Assembly: GCA_002104905.1 (NCBI GenBank)
Contig: MCFE01000590.1
Location: 1-55,296 of the forward strand
Direction: 5' to 3'
Length of the DNA stretch: 55,296 nucleotides
DNA from: Basidiobolus meristosporus CBS 931.73
Lineage: Eukaryota > Fungi > Basidiobolomycota
Positions 13,119-25,686 of this stretch are shown here, piece after piece. Both the position numbers and the translations under genes were made by a program. Each line of letters opens with the position of its first letter. Position 1 is the stretch's first letter. A model generated the notes under the pieces. That model did no database searches, was not told the origin of the DNA, and saw only the letters and a program-made list of their open reading frames with translations.

Positions 13119-14759
13119 ACTCCAAGAGCCCAGATGAACATGATGAACATGTCAAGAAAGTATTGAGAAAACTAGACTCTGCCAGTCTCTATGCCAAGCT
13201 AGAGAAGTGTGAATTTGACCAGAGAGAAGTGGAATTTCTTGGTTACCTCATCAGCCCTGAGGGAACAAGAATGGACCCAAAAATAGTTGACTCAGTCCAA
13301 TCTTGGAAAACTCCAAGCTCAGTCAAAGAAATATATGGAATCCCCAGTTGGGCCCCCTCCCAAGTTCCCAAACATCCAGAACCTGCATTTGGTAAACAAC
13401 CTCATCTACCACAAGCAGCAGCTTTATGTCCCAGACCTTGCCACCCAGCTAGACATCATTAAGTCTTGGCATGATTCAATGGCTGCAGGCCACTTTGGTA
13501 CTGCCAAAACCTTGAATGCTATCAAAAGAGACTTCTGGTGGCCTAGAATGATAACTCTTATCAAAGAGTACATTCTGACTTGTGATATTTGCAACCATGC
13601 AAAACCAGCCAGACACCAGCCCTATGGACTTCTTCAGCCCTTGCCTATCCCAGAACACCAATGGAGATCTATATCTATGGACTTCATTACTGACCTCCCT
13701 GAGTCCTGTGGCTACAATGCTATACTTGTAGTGGCTGACCAGCTGACCAAGATGGTTCACTTTATCCCTTGCTGTAAGAACACTGATGCAAAAGAAACCG
13801 CTGCATTAGTCCTCAAGAATATTTTCTGCCTTCATGGTATCCCCAGTGATATTGTGTCAGATAGAGGCCCACAGTTTGTGTCCAAGTTTTGGAAACACTT
13901 CATGCAATACCTTGGTGTTCAAGTCAAACTCTCCACTGCCTACCATCCTCAATCTGATGGCCAGACTGAAAGAATCAACCAGATTCTAGAGCAATACCTC
14001 TGGTGCTATATGAATTACCGGCAAGACAATTGGGTTGATCTACTGCCTGTTGCCAAGTTTGCCTACAACCACTCAAGCCATAGTGCAACCAGTTTTACAC
14101 CATTCTATGCAAGCTATGGATTCCACCCTGAGTTTGATATCTAGATTCCAACAAACCCAATGAGCCCACATGCAGCTGAACATGCCCAAGCAACCCAGGA
14201 CATCCAGAATACCCTCAAGGAAGAGCTATCCTTAGCTCAGGAAAGCTACAAGAAATTTGCTAATCTAAAACAGCATTCCAGCCCTGATCTTAATGAAAGA
14301 GATTCTGTATGGTTGCTCAGAAGAAACATAAGCACCAACCACCCTTGTAACAAATTGGATTTCAAGAAACTTGGTCCCTTCAAGATCAAGAAGAAGCTTA
14401 GCCCTATAGTATATCAGCTACAGTTGCCAGCAAGTATGAAAATCCATGATACTTTCCATGTGTCCCTCCTTGAGCCGTATTGTAGGAACACTGTGCCAAA
14501 CCGGCAGGAAGCAAAGCCCCAAGCCATCCAGGTTGACCTACATCAGGAATTTGAAGTTAAACAGATTTCAGACTCCAAGTATATCCGGTCAAAGCTGTAC
14601 TACTTAGTAAACTGGATTGGTTATGGTCCAAGTGACCAAATATGGGAACCAGCTACCCATTTCACTAATTGTCAAGAACTAGTTACCCAGTTCCACCAGC
14701 AATATCCTGCAAAACCTGCCCCAAAGGGAAACAGAGCTTTGCCTGGAAGAGGAGAATAG

Positions 14760-15280
14760 TGTCATGATCACATGACAACCATGAACACCCATGCCAAGCT
14801 TCAGCTTCCTAGCCCAATTTCTAAGAGATTCCTTCTGAAACCTTCTACCACCTTCCAGAAAGTTCCTGACCATTCCAAACCATTGTTACCCAATGGAACA
14901 TTGCATGGAAGCTTCCCATTGTATTTTTCATAGTCCAGTACCATATATGGAAATACCAGGTCACATGACTTAGTCACATGATCAGGTGACCCAATCCATT
15001 TCCCCATCCTGTCTCAGTGCCTTGCCTTCTATATTATTATCCCCAGCACTGCTGCTGTGCCTCATCCCACAACCCCATTAGTTTTGGCTAATATCTCTTG
15101 GCATCAGTATAGCCAAAAAGTATATGCAGTCCTATCCCCCCTTAAGTATTCCTCAGTCTGATAAACACAGGTCTTGAATAAACAGCCTTGCCTTGAATCC
15201 TCTCTTGCCATGATGGTCCACACCTAAGTCCTTTCCTGCCGTGCCTAGCTTTTCCTCCTGCCTTGTGTCTATTCATAACA
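14760..15280 (+). repeat. 3' LTR of gypsy chromovirus
   Basis: Runs TGTCATGA...TCATAACA; preceded by a purine-rich PPT and followed by TSD GCAGC. Confidence 0.9.
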
Positions 15281-16211
15281 GCAGCCCTCCATAGATGTAT
15301 TCTAAGCTCATATCTTGAGGTCTGGACTCTAGGGCAGATACAAAGCCCTGAAACCTGTCTGGTACACTATCTAGAATGGTGACTATCACATCCTCATCAG
15401 TAGTTGGTGTGCCTTCAGATTCCATCACATCAACCAAGAGGGTAATTCTTTTAACTAGCTTTTTGATTTCTTCTCCTGACAGCATCTTTGTTGTAAGGAA
15501 TTTTGTCCAAGCAGCATTTTCTTAACAGCTGAATATGACAGATATGTATCTCCTAATGCCTTCCAGGCATCCTTAGCTGTTTTTGCTGTTGAGCATTGGA
15601 TAAGCAATTTGACGTTAACATTAGTGCAAATGCAGTTAAAGGCACTTTATTCTTTCCTCTTGTACTCTAAGGCTTCCTCTCCTATGCTTTTAGAAGGCAA
15701 TTCACTTCCCACAACAATATCCCAAAGGCCTCTTTCTTGTAGCAGCATCTTCATTGTGACCCTCCACACTTGGTAGTTAGATTCATCCAGCTTTTCTGCA
15801 GAGGGAAAAAGCCCAGTGACAGCAGTAATGGGCATTGCAGAGAGTGACAGCTTGGGGCCCACAGCCTGTTGTCAGAGTCTTGGAGCTATGAGAAATGACT
15901 GGGAGTGCAAGTAGCATATGTGGTTTTCACTTCATGACTTACTGAATGTAAAGATAATATTAATACTTTTACATGAACTTGGATTTCAGTAGGATTTGTA
16001 GGTAAAGATCTAAGTGACTAAGTTAGGCAAGTATTTAGTTGGAACTCCAAATCTTTACAACAAAGTAAAAATATCATATCTGATTTTGGGAAGTGTGGAT
16101 GGTGGCCCAGAAGTGAGTCATCAGTAATGGATACATGTGTGGGTACCTGCCTTGCATAGATACTTCTATTGATTTCAAAGCAAAGTAACAAGCAGAGTAA
16201 ACAATTCAAAT

Positions 16212-19200
16212 TGTAGTATATTAGACTTGTTCCATCATTCCAGCGGATCATAGTGCCTAATAGTGCCATAGCATGCCCGATGGTGCCTGATCATGCCTCA
16301 GAGTGCCAGATGGTGCCATAGCATGCCCGATGGTGCCTGATCATGCCTCAGAGTGCCAGATGGTGCCATACAGTGCTAATCTGGGATCAAAATTGACATG
16401 CATATGACCCTGAAATATCAAATTAATAACAAAATATACAGCACTCTCTGGCACTATGATCAATGGCACAATGGAACAAGTCTATTTTGTAATTACACCT
16501 ATATCTTCACTCAACTTAGTCACTTAGCCCAAAGCCTGCATATTTAAGAGGACTCCAGCCAAATCCTAAAATACCAGGTACTCAGAGCATGAAAATTCTC
16601 AAAGTTGTCCAAACAGCCCCAAACTTTGCACACATGTTCTTGAGATCTTCCTTAACCTATTTGACATGTCTGTTATGCCAAGACCATGTAAAAGTATAAA
16701 TACTACTTTTACACTCAATAAATTGCTAAGTAAAAACACATAATCAACTTGTTCTCCCAATCACATTCAATATCTCCAAGACTCTTACAACAGGTTTTGA
16801 GCCCCAAGCTGTCACCCTCAGCAATGTCTACTACTGCTATTGCTGGAATTTTCCCTCTGCTGAAAAGCTGGATGGATTTAACTACCAAGTGTGGAAGGTG
16901 AAGATGAAGATGCTGCTACCAAAAAGAGGCCTTTGGGATATTGTTGTGGGAGAAGAATGCCCTCCTAGAAATGTGGGAGAGGAAGCCTTAAAGTACCAGA
17001 AGAAAGAGGAAAGTGCCTTTGACTGCATTTGCCTTAATGTCGAAGACAAATTGCTAATTCAATGTTCAAGAGCAAAAATGGCAATGAATGACTGGAAAGC
17101 ATTAGAAGACACCTACCAGTCTTGTTTTGCTGCCAAGAAAATGTATCTGAGACAAGAATTCTTTACTACAAAGATGCAGCCAGGAAAAGAAGTGAAAAAT
17201 CTACTTAACAGAATTACCCTGCTGGTGGATGAGATGGAATCTGTGGGCAAACCAACTACTGATGAGGATGTGATAGTTACCATCCTGAATAGCCTGACAG
17301 ACAAGCTTCAGGGCCTTGTATCAGCCCTAGAGTCCAGAACTGAAGATTTGACCTTAAATCACACATATATGGAAGGCTCCTGGATGAAGAATTAAGAAAA
17401 TCAAGCACTAATAAGAAGGAGGATGAAAATGCTTCAATACGCAATTATAACCAACAACAGAGGCACCCAAGACCCTACAAAGGCAACAGCAACCTGTTTT
17501 GCAACTACTGCAAAAGGAAAGGACACACATCAGACTGTGTGTCAAAAAGAGAGATAATGAGCAAAAGAAGCCTGAATATGGAAAAGTTGCAACAACTAAA
17601 GATAGACTACTCATATCTGCAATGAATATGGCCACAAACAAGAATTCTCAGATGTAGTATATTGACTCTGGAGCATGTCAACACTTTACACACCAAAAAG
17701 AACTTTTTACCCAATATCAAGAAATTCCAATTAACAAGGTTTTCATGGGTGACAACAGAACACTTGATGCAGTGGTAAAAGGAACTATCAAAGTAAACCT
17801 TAGAAGCAGTGAAGGAAGCCATACACCAGCCTTGAAAGAAGTACTCTGTGTACCAGAAATAGCCAAGAACTTACTATCTGTAAGCAAGCCCACTGCAGAA
17901 GGACTCAGTGTCAGTTTTGACAATTCTGGATGCAGGATCACTGCTCAAAATGGTGCCCATATTGCTTTGGGTACAGGAGATCAGAATCTATATAAGTTGA
18001 CTTACATTCCATCATATCTGGAAGCCAATATAAGTGACCTAAATGAAGAAGCACCAATGCATTGGCACAGGATATTTGGACACATCAATTTTGATTATTT
18101 GCGCAAAATGATCAAAGATCAGCTAATTTCTGAAGTAAAAATTGATCCCCCAGCTAATTTGGAGCACTGTGAAGCCTGCATATATGGGAAACAAGCCAGA
18201 CAACCATTCAAGAGCTCTGGGTTAATCAAAACTAAGAAAAAATTGGATCTAATTCACTCTGATCTCTGTGGACCTATGCAAAATTTATCCTTAGAAGGGA
18301 TGAGGTTTTTAGTCACCTTTATTGATGATTATACAAGATACTCTTGGGTTTACTTCATGGAGAGAATGGAAGAAGCTCTGTCTAAGTTCAGAGAGCTCAA
18401 AGCCATTGTGGAGAGAGAAACTGGTGAAAATATCAAGAAAATATGCTCTGACAATGGTGGAGAATATATCTCATAACTCTTCATCCACTTCTCCAAGATT
18501 CATGGGATAAAGCAAGAGACTACTGTACCATACTCCCCACAGTAAAATGGAGTAGCATAACATGCTAACAGATCAATAATTGCTATGGAAAGATCTATGA
18601 TCCATGATCATAAATTATGATATTTGGGCAGAATCAGTTGCCACTGCTGTATACCTGAAAAATAGGAGTTATAACAGAATACTTTGTAATTCTTCTCCAT
18701 TTGAAGCATGGTATGAATACAGACCAAGTGCAGAACATCTAACAATATTTAGGTTACAGCATATGCCAAGAAACTGCCTGGAATTCAGTCAAAATTTGAG
18801 CCAAAAAGTGTAAAATGCATATTTTTGGGCAGGTTCAATGAAAGTAAGGCATACAGACTCTATAATACCAAAGCAAAGAAGCTGATCAAGTTCAGGGATG
18901 TGTTGTTTGACAAATTTTCAAAATTTTCACAAAAAATGATATCAGATGATGACAAAAATTTGATCTCAGGTCTACCAATAGTCAGGATTGAATCAGAGCA
19001 AAACAATGAAAGCTTTTGCACTCCAGGGGGCTCTACAACCATGGTTCAGCCAGAATCAGTGCCCAGGAATATCCTAAAAGTGATCATTCCAGTATCAAAT
19101 GCCAGGAGATCTAAATGGACAAGAAATAGCCCAAATTACTATATTAATGAGGGTACAAACTTAGCCTATGCCTATTCAGTCCATATTGATGAACCCCAGA

Positions 19201-21112
19201 CTGTAAAAGAGGCCCTAAATAGCCCTCAGACAAAGTTTTGGAGATCTGCAATGACTGAGGAATATCAGGCCCTGATGGAAAATCAAACTTGGGACTTAGT
19301 CAAATTACCAATCAACCAAAAATCAATTGGATGCAGATGGGTCTTCAAGACAAAATACAAGGCTGATGGTACAATTGAAAGATACAAAGCAAGACTTGTA
19401 GCCAAAGGATACTCTCAAACAAAAGGACTTGACTATACTGAGACCTTTGCACCAGTAGCCAAGTTTAATTCCATCAGATTAATATTGGCTATTGCAGCCA
19501 AATATAAGTTTTTTATTCATCAAATGGATGTAAAAACTGCATTTTTGAAGTGGAGAACTTGAATGAGTACGTGTATATGGACCAGCATGATAGGCTTGCT
19601 GACCAAGATAACCCCCATTTGGTCTGCAAGCTTAAAAAGTCTACTATATGGTCTCAAACAATCACCGAGAGCCTGGAATTGCAAGATAGATTCTTATTGG
19701 AATCTTTGAGTTTCAAAAGGAGTAATGCTGACTATAGTATATACTATAAGCCAGATAGAGTAAATCCAGTTCTGTTAGCTCTATATGTGGAAGATCTTAT
19801 TATAGCCGCCAATAACCTAGCATACATTGGAAGAGACTAAATCCAGCCTATCTAAAGAGTTCAGGATGTCCGATCTAGGAGAACTCAGTTACTACTTAAG
19901 GATTGGATTCTCTATAGACAGAAGTACCCAGACTATGCACCCTAAGCCAATTCCAAGTATATTCAAGATATACTTAAGAAGTATCACATGGAACACTGTA
20001 AACTGGCAGCTGCCCCAATGGAGAAAAACCTTAACTTGGTCAAAACTCAGCCAAATCAAGAGAGCTTGGTACCATATGAAAGCCTTGACTTTCCTTGTCA
20101 ATTTATGGTTGGCAGTCTGATGTATATCATGCTTGGAACATGTCCAGATATCTCATATTCAGTGGGAGTTGTCAGCCAGCATAATCAGAACTATAGATCT
20201 GATAATATTGCAGCAGTTAAGTGGATTTTTAGATGCCTAAAAGAAACTGCTGATATCTGCTCAAGATACACTTATAAGGACTCAGAGCAGGATCTTGTGG
20301 GATACTCTGATGCTGAATGGAGACATAATTTTGAAGACAGAAGATCCACCACAGGATACACCTTTCTTTACTGTAAAGGAGCAGTTTCATAGAATTCAAG
20401 AGAGCAACCAACCGTAGCATTTTCTACCACAGAGGCAGAGTATATGGCAGCCTGTGAAGCTACAAAAAAAGCAATGTGGTTAAGAAAGCTTTTTGCAGAT
20501 TTAGGCCTATGTCAAAAAACGCCTATTACTTTATTTCAAGATAATCAAGGATGTATACAATTAGGTAGAAATCCAACTTTTCATGCTAGAACCAAGCACA
20601 TAGATATTAGACATCATTTCATACATGAAGCTATAGAGAATAACTTAGTTAGCTTCAGTTTACTCTCCTACAGATGAAATGATTGCAGACATATTTACCA
20701 AACCATTTGCTAGAGAAAAGTTTGAATATCTTAGGTCAAAATTAGGACTAGTCAGTATGAACATTTAGCTGAGTGGGAGTGTTGTAAGAGTTTGTAATTC
20801 CACCTAAATATTCACCTAACTTAGTCACTTAGATCATTACCTTCAAATCTTAGAGAATACTGACCAAATTCCTTGTCAGGATTTACCTAGAATATTTACC
20901 CAGAACATGAAAATTAGATAAGTTGTCCAAACAGCCCCAAACTTTGCACACATGTTCTTGGGATCCTCCTTGATCTATTCTACATGTTTGCTATGCCAAG
21001 ATCATGTAAAAGTATCAATACTACTTTTACATTCAATAAATCATTAAGTGAAAACCACATAATCTACTTGTGCTCCCAATCACCTGCCAATATCTCCAAG
21101 ACTCTTACAACA
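16212..21112 (+). mobile_element. Decayed Ty1/copia LTR retrotransposon B (5' LTR ~16212-16792 interrupted by a MITE; 3' LTR 20780-21112)
   Basis: Domain order is gag (16889-17395), zinc knuckle, protease (IDSGA), pre-integrase (HWHRIFGH), integrase (LIHSDLCGPM), RT (WVFKTKYKADGTIERYKARLVAKGY, QMDVKTAFL), RNase H (GYSDAEW, RTKHIDIRHHF). PBS GGTTTTGAGCCCC and PPT GAGTGGGAG. Multiple stops and frameshifts. Confidence 0.92.
16223..16483. mobile_element. Short MITE of the AGACTTGTTCC family, containing a 10-bp-phased TGCC array
   Basis: TIR AGACTTGTTCCAT/ATGGAACAAGTCT; TSD ATT at 16220-16222 and 16484-16486; inserted near the start of the copia B 5' LTR. Confidence 0.85.
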
Positions 21113-21889
21113 GCAGCTGTACCCTACCACACCATGCCAAGGCTTGCTGCTTCACCTGGCCATGAGTAAGCAACCTCTGGTCACCTTACCACCAAAGATC
21201 CAATGGATCTACCACAACATGAGCTGCCAGTAGTAGGTAAAGTGCTTACCAGCATGTGGCACTAAGGCTGGATGCTCTACCTCATCCAGCACAATTCAGC
21301 GTAGCCAGCCTATAACACCACCCTCTACAGCTGGGATGCAAAACACCGACCAAAGGTACACAAGTGGGCAGTTGTGGTTCGCTGGTTCCAATACATTCTG
21401 GCTTCATAGGGTAGCTTAGCATGATTTACTATCCAGCTGATGAAATGATTCCCGAGGCACCTACCAACCCAATAGCTAGAGATGAATTTGAATGTCCTGG
21501 ATCACAAATAGGTCTGGTGGCTATGGATATTTGGTGCAGCGGGGCAAGGGGGAAGGGGGAAGGGGGGGTGATTTAAATGCTGTGTTCACACCAAAATGTT
21601 GACATTAACCTAACCTGGACATTCTGAACGTACCCAGATTCTCGCTTGGGATCCACTTGGAATCGATTTCGCCAAGATGTCAGGGACCCAGAATAGGTGG
21701 TTCCTCCGAGCCACCCACCATGACTTACGAGGTTTGCAGGAAATCCACTGGCTGGATCCTCAGCCCGCTTGGTTCCGAATCGAAGTCCCCTCCCCTACCC
21801 TCCCCCTCGCCGCCTGGTCTCCACCGGCATTCCATTCCGGGAGGCGAGCGTGCGTTTGGCAAGTGCCACGAGGAATTTTATTCTAAATC

Positions 21890-24800
21890 TCACAAATCAC
21901 ATCGCACACATCTATGGTATACCAATGAGAAGCAGGGAGGGAGGACGGTGAAGCGGGCAAAAGAAAGGGTGGCGCGGTCGCTTCGAGCCGGTCCCGGGCG
22001 GGGTTCACTGGGACTTGGGTTTTCCTTCCGGTCCCTGGTCCTGGGGACGACCACGGAGCCTACCATGAAGTGGGACACCCCGTAGAGCACGATGGTGAAG
22101 ATGACGAAGCAGGAGGCGATGCAGAAATGGCTGATGCTCGTCCCGATCTCCAACCAACTACCGTCGTCCCTCACGAGGTAGAAGAAGTTCAGGGTCATGA
22201 CGTCGGTGGAGGAGAAGGCCAGCAGGAAGAGGGAGAAGGGGAGTACGTCGAGGGACCGGGCCAGGATCTCGAACGCGGACGAGACCAGGAGGAAGGGCAC
22301 CAGGATCTTGAAGATGAGAAGGGCGCCCATCAGGAACGGGTCGAACACCGTGGTCAGTCGGTACACCGATTCAAGGGAGAAGCTGCTGATGCTGGCGATG
22401 TTTCCGGTACCGAAGAACGCCACGTTGATGAAGAACAAGAAGGCGGCGGCGATCCGGACATCCCCGAGCTGAAGGGACCGGTAGGAGATCAATTCCCCTG
22501 ACCAGTCGTCCGATGGGACATCGTTGTCGTGGATGCCCGCGTTCAGGTAGAGGCGCTTCTCGATGGTGATCCACATGAGGAGGGTGTTCGAGAAGAAGAA
22601 ATAGAACAGCGCCTCGTAGGATATGCTCAGGAGCACGAATACCGGAGCATACGCCAGGTAGATGACTACCAAGCGATGGATGTAGTGATGGCTCGCCTTG
22701 CGTCCGTAGAAGAACGGGATGGAGGAAGACAGCGCTGAGAGGAAAATCCCGTTAGATACCATCCGGAGAATCGGGTTCCCCCGGCTTCACTTACCAAGTA
22801 CCAACCAGCTGCTAAGTTGGTTAAGCAGCGGGAGGCCGTTCTTCGCCTTCAGGTGGCCAGAGGTGCTGTGAACCAGTACCATGCTCAGTGCAAGCATAAG
22901 CACCTGTGAATCGAAGGTCAGTGATGCCCACACTCTGTAACCGGGGTTGGAAACCGAACCCTACCTGGGATCCGATGACTGTCTGGCCAAGCTTCTCGTC
23001 GCCCGGTCTCATGAAGTGAGGCGCTTTGATGTAGGCGATGACCCCGGAGATCATGACCAGGAACCCACCCAGCAAGCTAGAGGTCGCCGTTAGTACGAAG
23101 CAGGATAGGGGCCAGTTAACGCAAACACCTACACGACGGGTATGTTCTCCCCTTTCTCCACCGGAAGGCTGGGGAACACGGCAGTGCAAAGACAGAAGAT
23201 GGACCACATGAAGAGGGTTCCACGAATCTCCGACCGGACCTTGGCTGGCATGAACAGGGGCCAAACGGCCCCCAATACAAAGAAGGCACTTAGCACGCCA
23301 CGGTTGAAGTAGCTGAACGCCTAGTCGAGGAAAATCGGTCAATAAGAATGGCCCCATCGTACGTATCGGCCAGGAACGGCACAAACCAACAGCTCCAGGG
23401 TCCCCACGAATGCCAGGAGGATGCCGAAGCCGGTGTACCAGGCCATGTGGGCATTGGCGAACGCGCCCAGCAACACACCCAGCTTCTTGACCACCTCGGC
23501 CCAAAAGAAGAACGGGAACACCCCGTAGGCGTAGTACATGATGGGGGACTCCTGGACGAACAAGATGTACGCCAGCCCCAGGAATCCGAGCACGGCGACT
23601 CCCTGGATCTGATCAATGGTCAGCTTGGGGAAGGAAACCATCGTCACGTGAAATGGGCAAACCTTGGCATTGCTCGATGATCTGGCCTCCTGGTAACCAC
23701 GGGCGGAGAAGGAGCGTTGATCCGAGCCTGGCTTGACCACAAACGTTTCAAGGATGAAGATCAAGCTGTAGAATATCCAGCCTATATAACCGGCAGTAAC
23801 GATGGAACGCAAGAAGAGCCAGTCGTAACTGTAGGCAGCCATAAGACGGGTGAGTACGAGATGAGCGTGGTCATGAAGAGGGCGGGCTTCCTTACGTTTG
23901 AAGATAGCGCAAGCCCTCCAGCGAGAGGTCGATTAGGACGGAGCAGAGCGCCTCGGCTTCCTCGTAATTTCCCTCGCGAATCAACTGGTGGATTCTCGTG
24001 TCCAGGATGGAGTAATGGTGGGTGGTGTTGCTTAGGGGGGAGAACGGCTTGAACGCGAATTCGGTTTTCTCCTTCATGGCTGAGAGTTGGCCGGGTTAGT
24101 TCGGGGACGCCCGGGAAGGTTGGGATCAGGATAGACGTACCGTTTTTGACCAGATACTGCTCGAGGATTTGCTTGGCGTTGACGTAGGAGCTTTCGGCTT
24201 TGAACTGGGGGGAGTTTTCCAGATAGTTCAGTGGTAGGACGCCTACCGAATTGACTGGGTAATTCAATCCCACCAATGAGGCCTACAAGACAGACCCAAG
24301 GTTAACATCTGAACCATGGGGGCGAATGCATCTACGAACACACCATCAATGGAGCGATATCAGCTTGCTTGACATCATTACGCTGGACGTGGCTGAGCTC
24401 CCAGTCGGCAGAGAAGTCATCGTGACCGGTTGGGCTTTCGAGGTTGGGCTTCTTTACGCCAGCACCCCAAGCGATCAACGGGGTTCTCGTATTATCGGGA
24501 TGGCCGTCTCCGTGACTACCTGGATGGATGAGAATCGGTAGGGTTAGCAGCCTTTCACAACCGAGGCGACGGAATGAAACCGGGCCAACCTCTATTTCCC
24601 ATGCCGTGGTCGGCAGTCAGCACGTAGGAGGTTTTTCCGTCGTGGCCGTAGAAGTTCTCGACCATCTCGACCATCTTGCGGATTCCGTCGTCGACGTATC
24701 TAATGTTGTTCAAGTACCTTGGTTCGCTTGGTTAAGGAGACATGTTCTTGGGGGAGAGCGTTTGTGGGAATCAATCGAACAAAAGGATACTCGTCAGAAG

Positions 24801-25686
24801 ATGGGCGATAAGCGTGTCCATTGGTGTCCAGACCAAGGAGATGCAAGAAGAAAACGATCTTGTCTTCATGCAGTTTCTTCTTGAGATCGCGGTCACTCTC
24901 GGCACGGGTGAAAAGGTCAGTAAAGTGGTCGAATACCCACTCGTCTAACGCTGTAGCATCTGTAGAAACATGCACCCATTAATAAATGTCCAGCCGGATG
25001 GGCATCGCCATGGGGCGGGGGGGAGCTCTACCTTGAGAGAAATCCTCATCCTCTGCGGCATACATGAAAGTCTCCACTCTGTCAGGGTCCGAGGCGCCGT
25101 GTGAAAACATGGGAAGAATGTCTGGGGAACCGTAAGACCAGGTGTGGCGACTTTGGTTGAAGACAGAGTCGAAATTGACGGGGTTCATCTTCCAGCCTGC
25201 AAAGAACCATGCCGGGTTAGAAACGGTTCAGGGGGTAATGGTGGGCTAGGAAGCGGACCTTTGGTTACCGCACTGACATCTTCGTAAAAGCCAGCGATGA
25301 TTGCCACATGGCCAGGTCGAGATTCTGTGGGCACCCGGGTATGGGACACACCCCAGGTTCCGTTGTTTTGAATGATGCTTCTGAGGTAGGGGGCGAAAGT
25401 ATAGGTTTCCTCTCTCTGATTCACTTGGTATAGCTTGTCAGCACGAAGTCCATCAGCTAGAAACTGCCTATTAGCAAACACTTTGGCACACTCATACAAA
25501 CTGGCGAACAAGAGGCAACTTGCCAACAAACAGAACCAACCGCTCGGCGGGGGGAGCGGAGTCTACTTGGTGAGGGGTCATCCCATGAACCAAGGGAGAG
25601 GTGAAATAGATGTCGAAGATGCTCCATAAATAGATTGCGTGAAATATGATTCCAAGAATCAACAAGCCGGTGCCTGTGACTCTCAT
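21890..25686 (-). CDS. MCD4: GPI ethanolamine phosphate transferase 1 (multi-exon; 3' end approximate)
   Basis: Exon translations include [81 protein letters not shown] and [13 protein letters not shown]. Confidence 0.93.

Larger units (their letters stand above)
8922..15280 (+). mobile_element. Ty3/gypsy chromovirus LTR retrotransposon, defective (LTRs 8922-9450 and 14760-15280; TSD GCAGC)
   Basis: Direct TG..CA LTRs with 5-bp TSD GCAGC at 8917-8921 and 15281-15285, and a PPT before 14760. Domains seen: gag with CCHC knuckle (CLYCGQPGHFAKSC), protease [18 protein letters not shown], integrase (SISMDFITDLP, SDRGPQF, DGQTER) and a C-terminal chromodomain (FEVKQI..YLVNWIGY..DQIWEP). Confidence 0.95.
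5470..16062 (-). mobile_element. Decayed Ty1/copia LTR retrotransposon A (5' LTR 15867-16062; gag ~15273-15862; pol remnants ~5470-8916; 3' LTR not found), interrupted by a gypsy element
   Basis: Minus-strand gag reads AEKLDESNYQVW..KMLLQERGLW and is similar to copia B gag. Integrase and RT remnants are present (e.g. WVLKTRYKADGT near 6950-6990). The LTR is TG..CA and similar to the copia B LTR; PBS-like GGCTGTGGGCCCC. Many stops and frameshifts. Confidence 0.85.

Noticed and set aside
21113-21117. GCAGC after the copia B 3' LTR matching the gypsy TSD
   Set aside because: It belongs to a different element and has no partner at the copia B 5' end; a chance 5-mer match.
21657-24884. Several 60-140 aa plus-strand ORFs opposite MCD4, and similar antisense ORFs over PGM2, the permease and the P450 fusion
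   Set aside because: These are expected shadow ORFs of GC-rich coding sequence, with no recognisable motifs.
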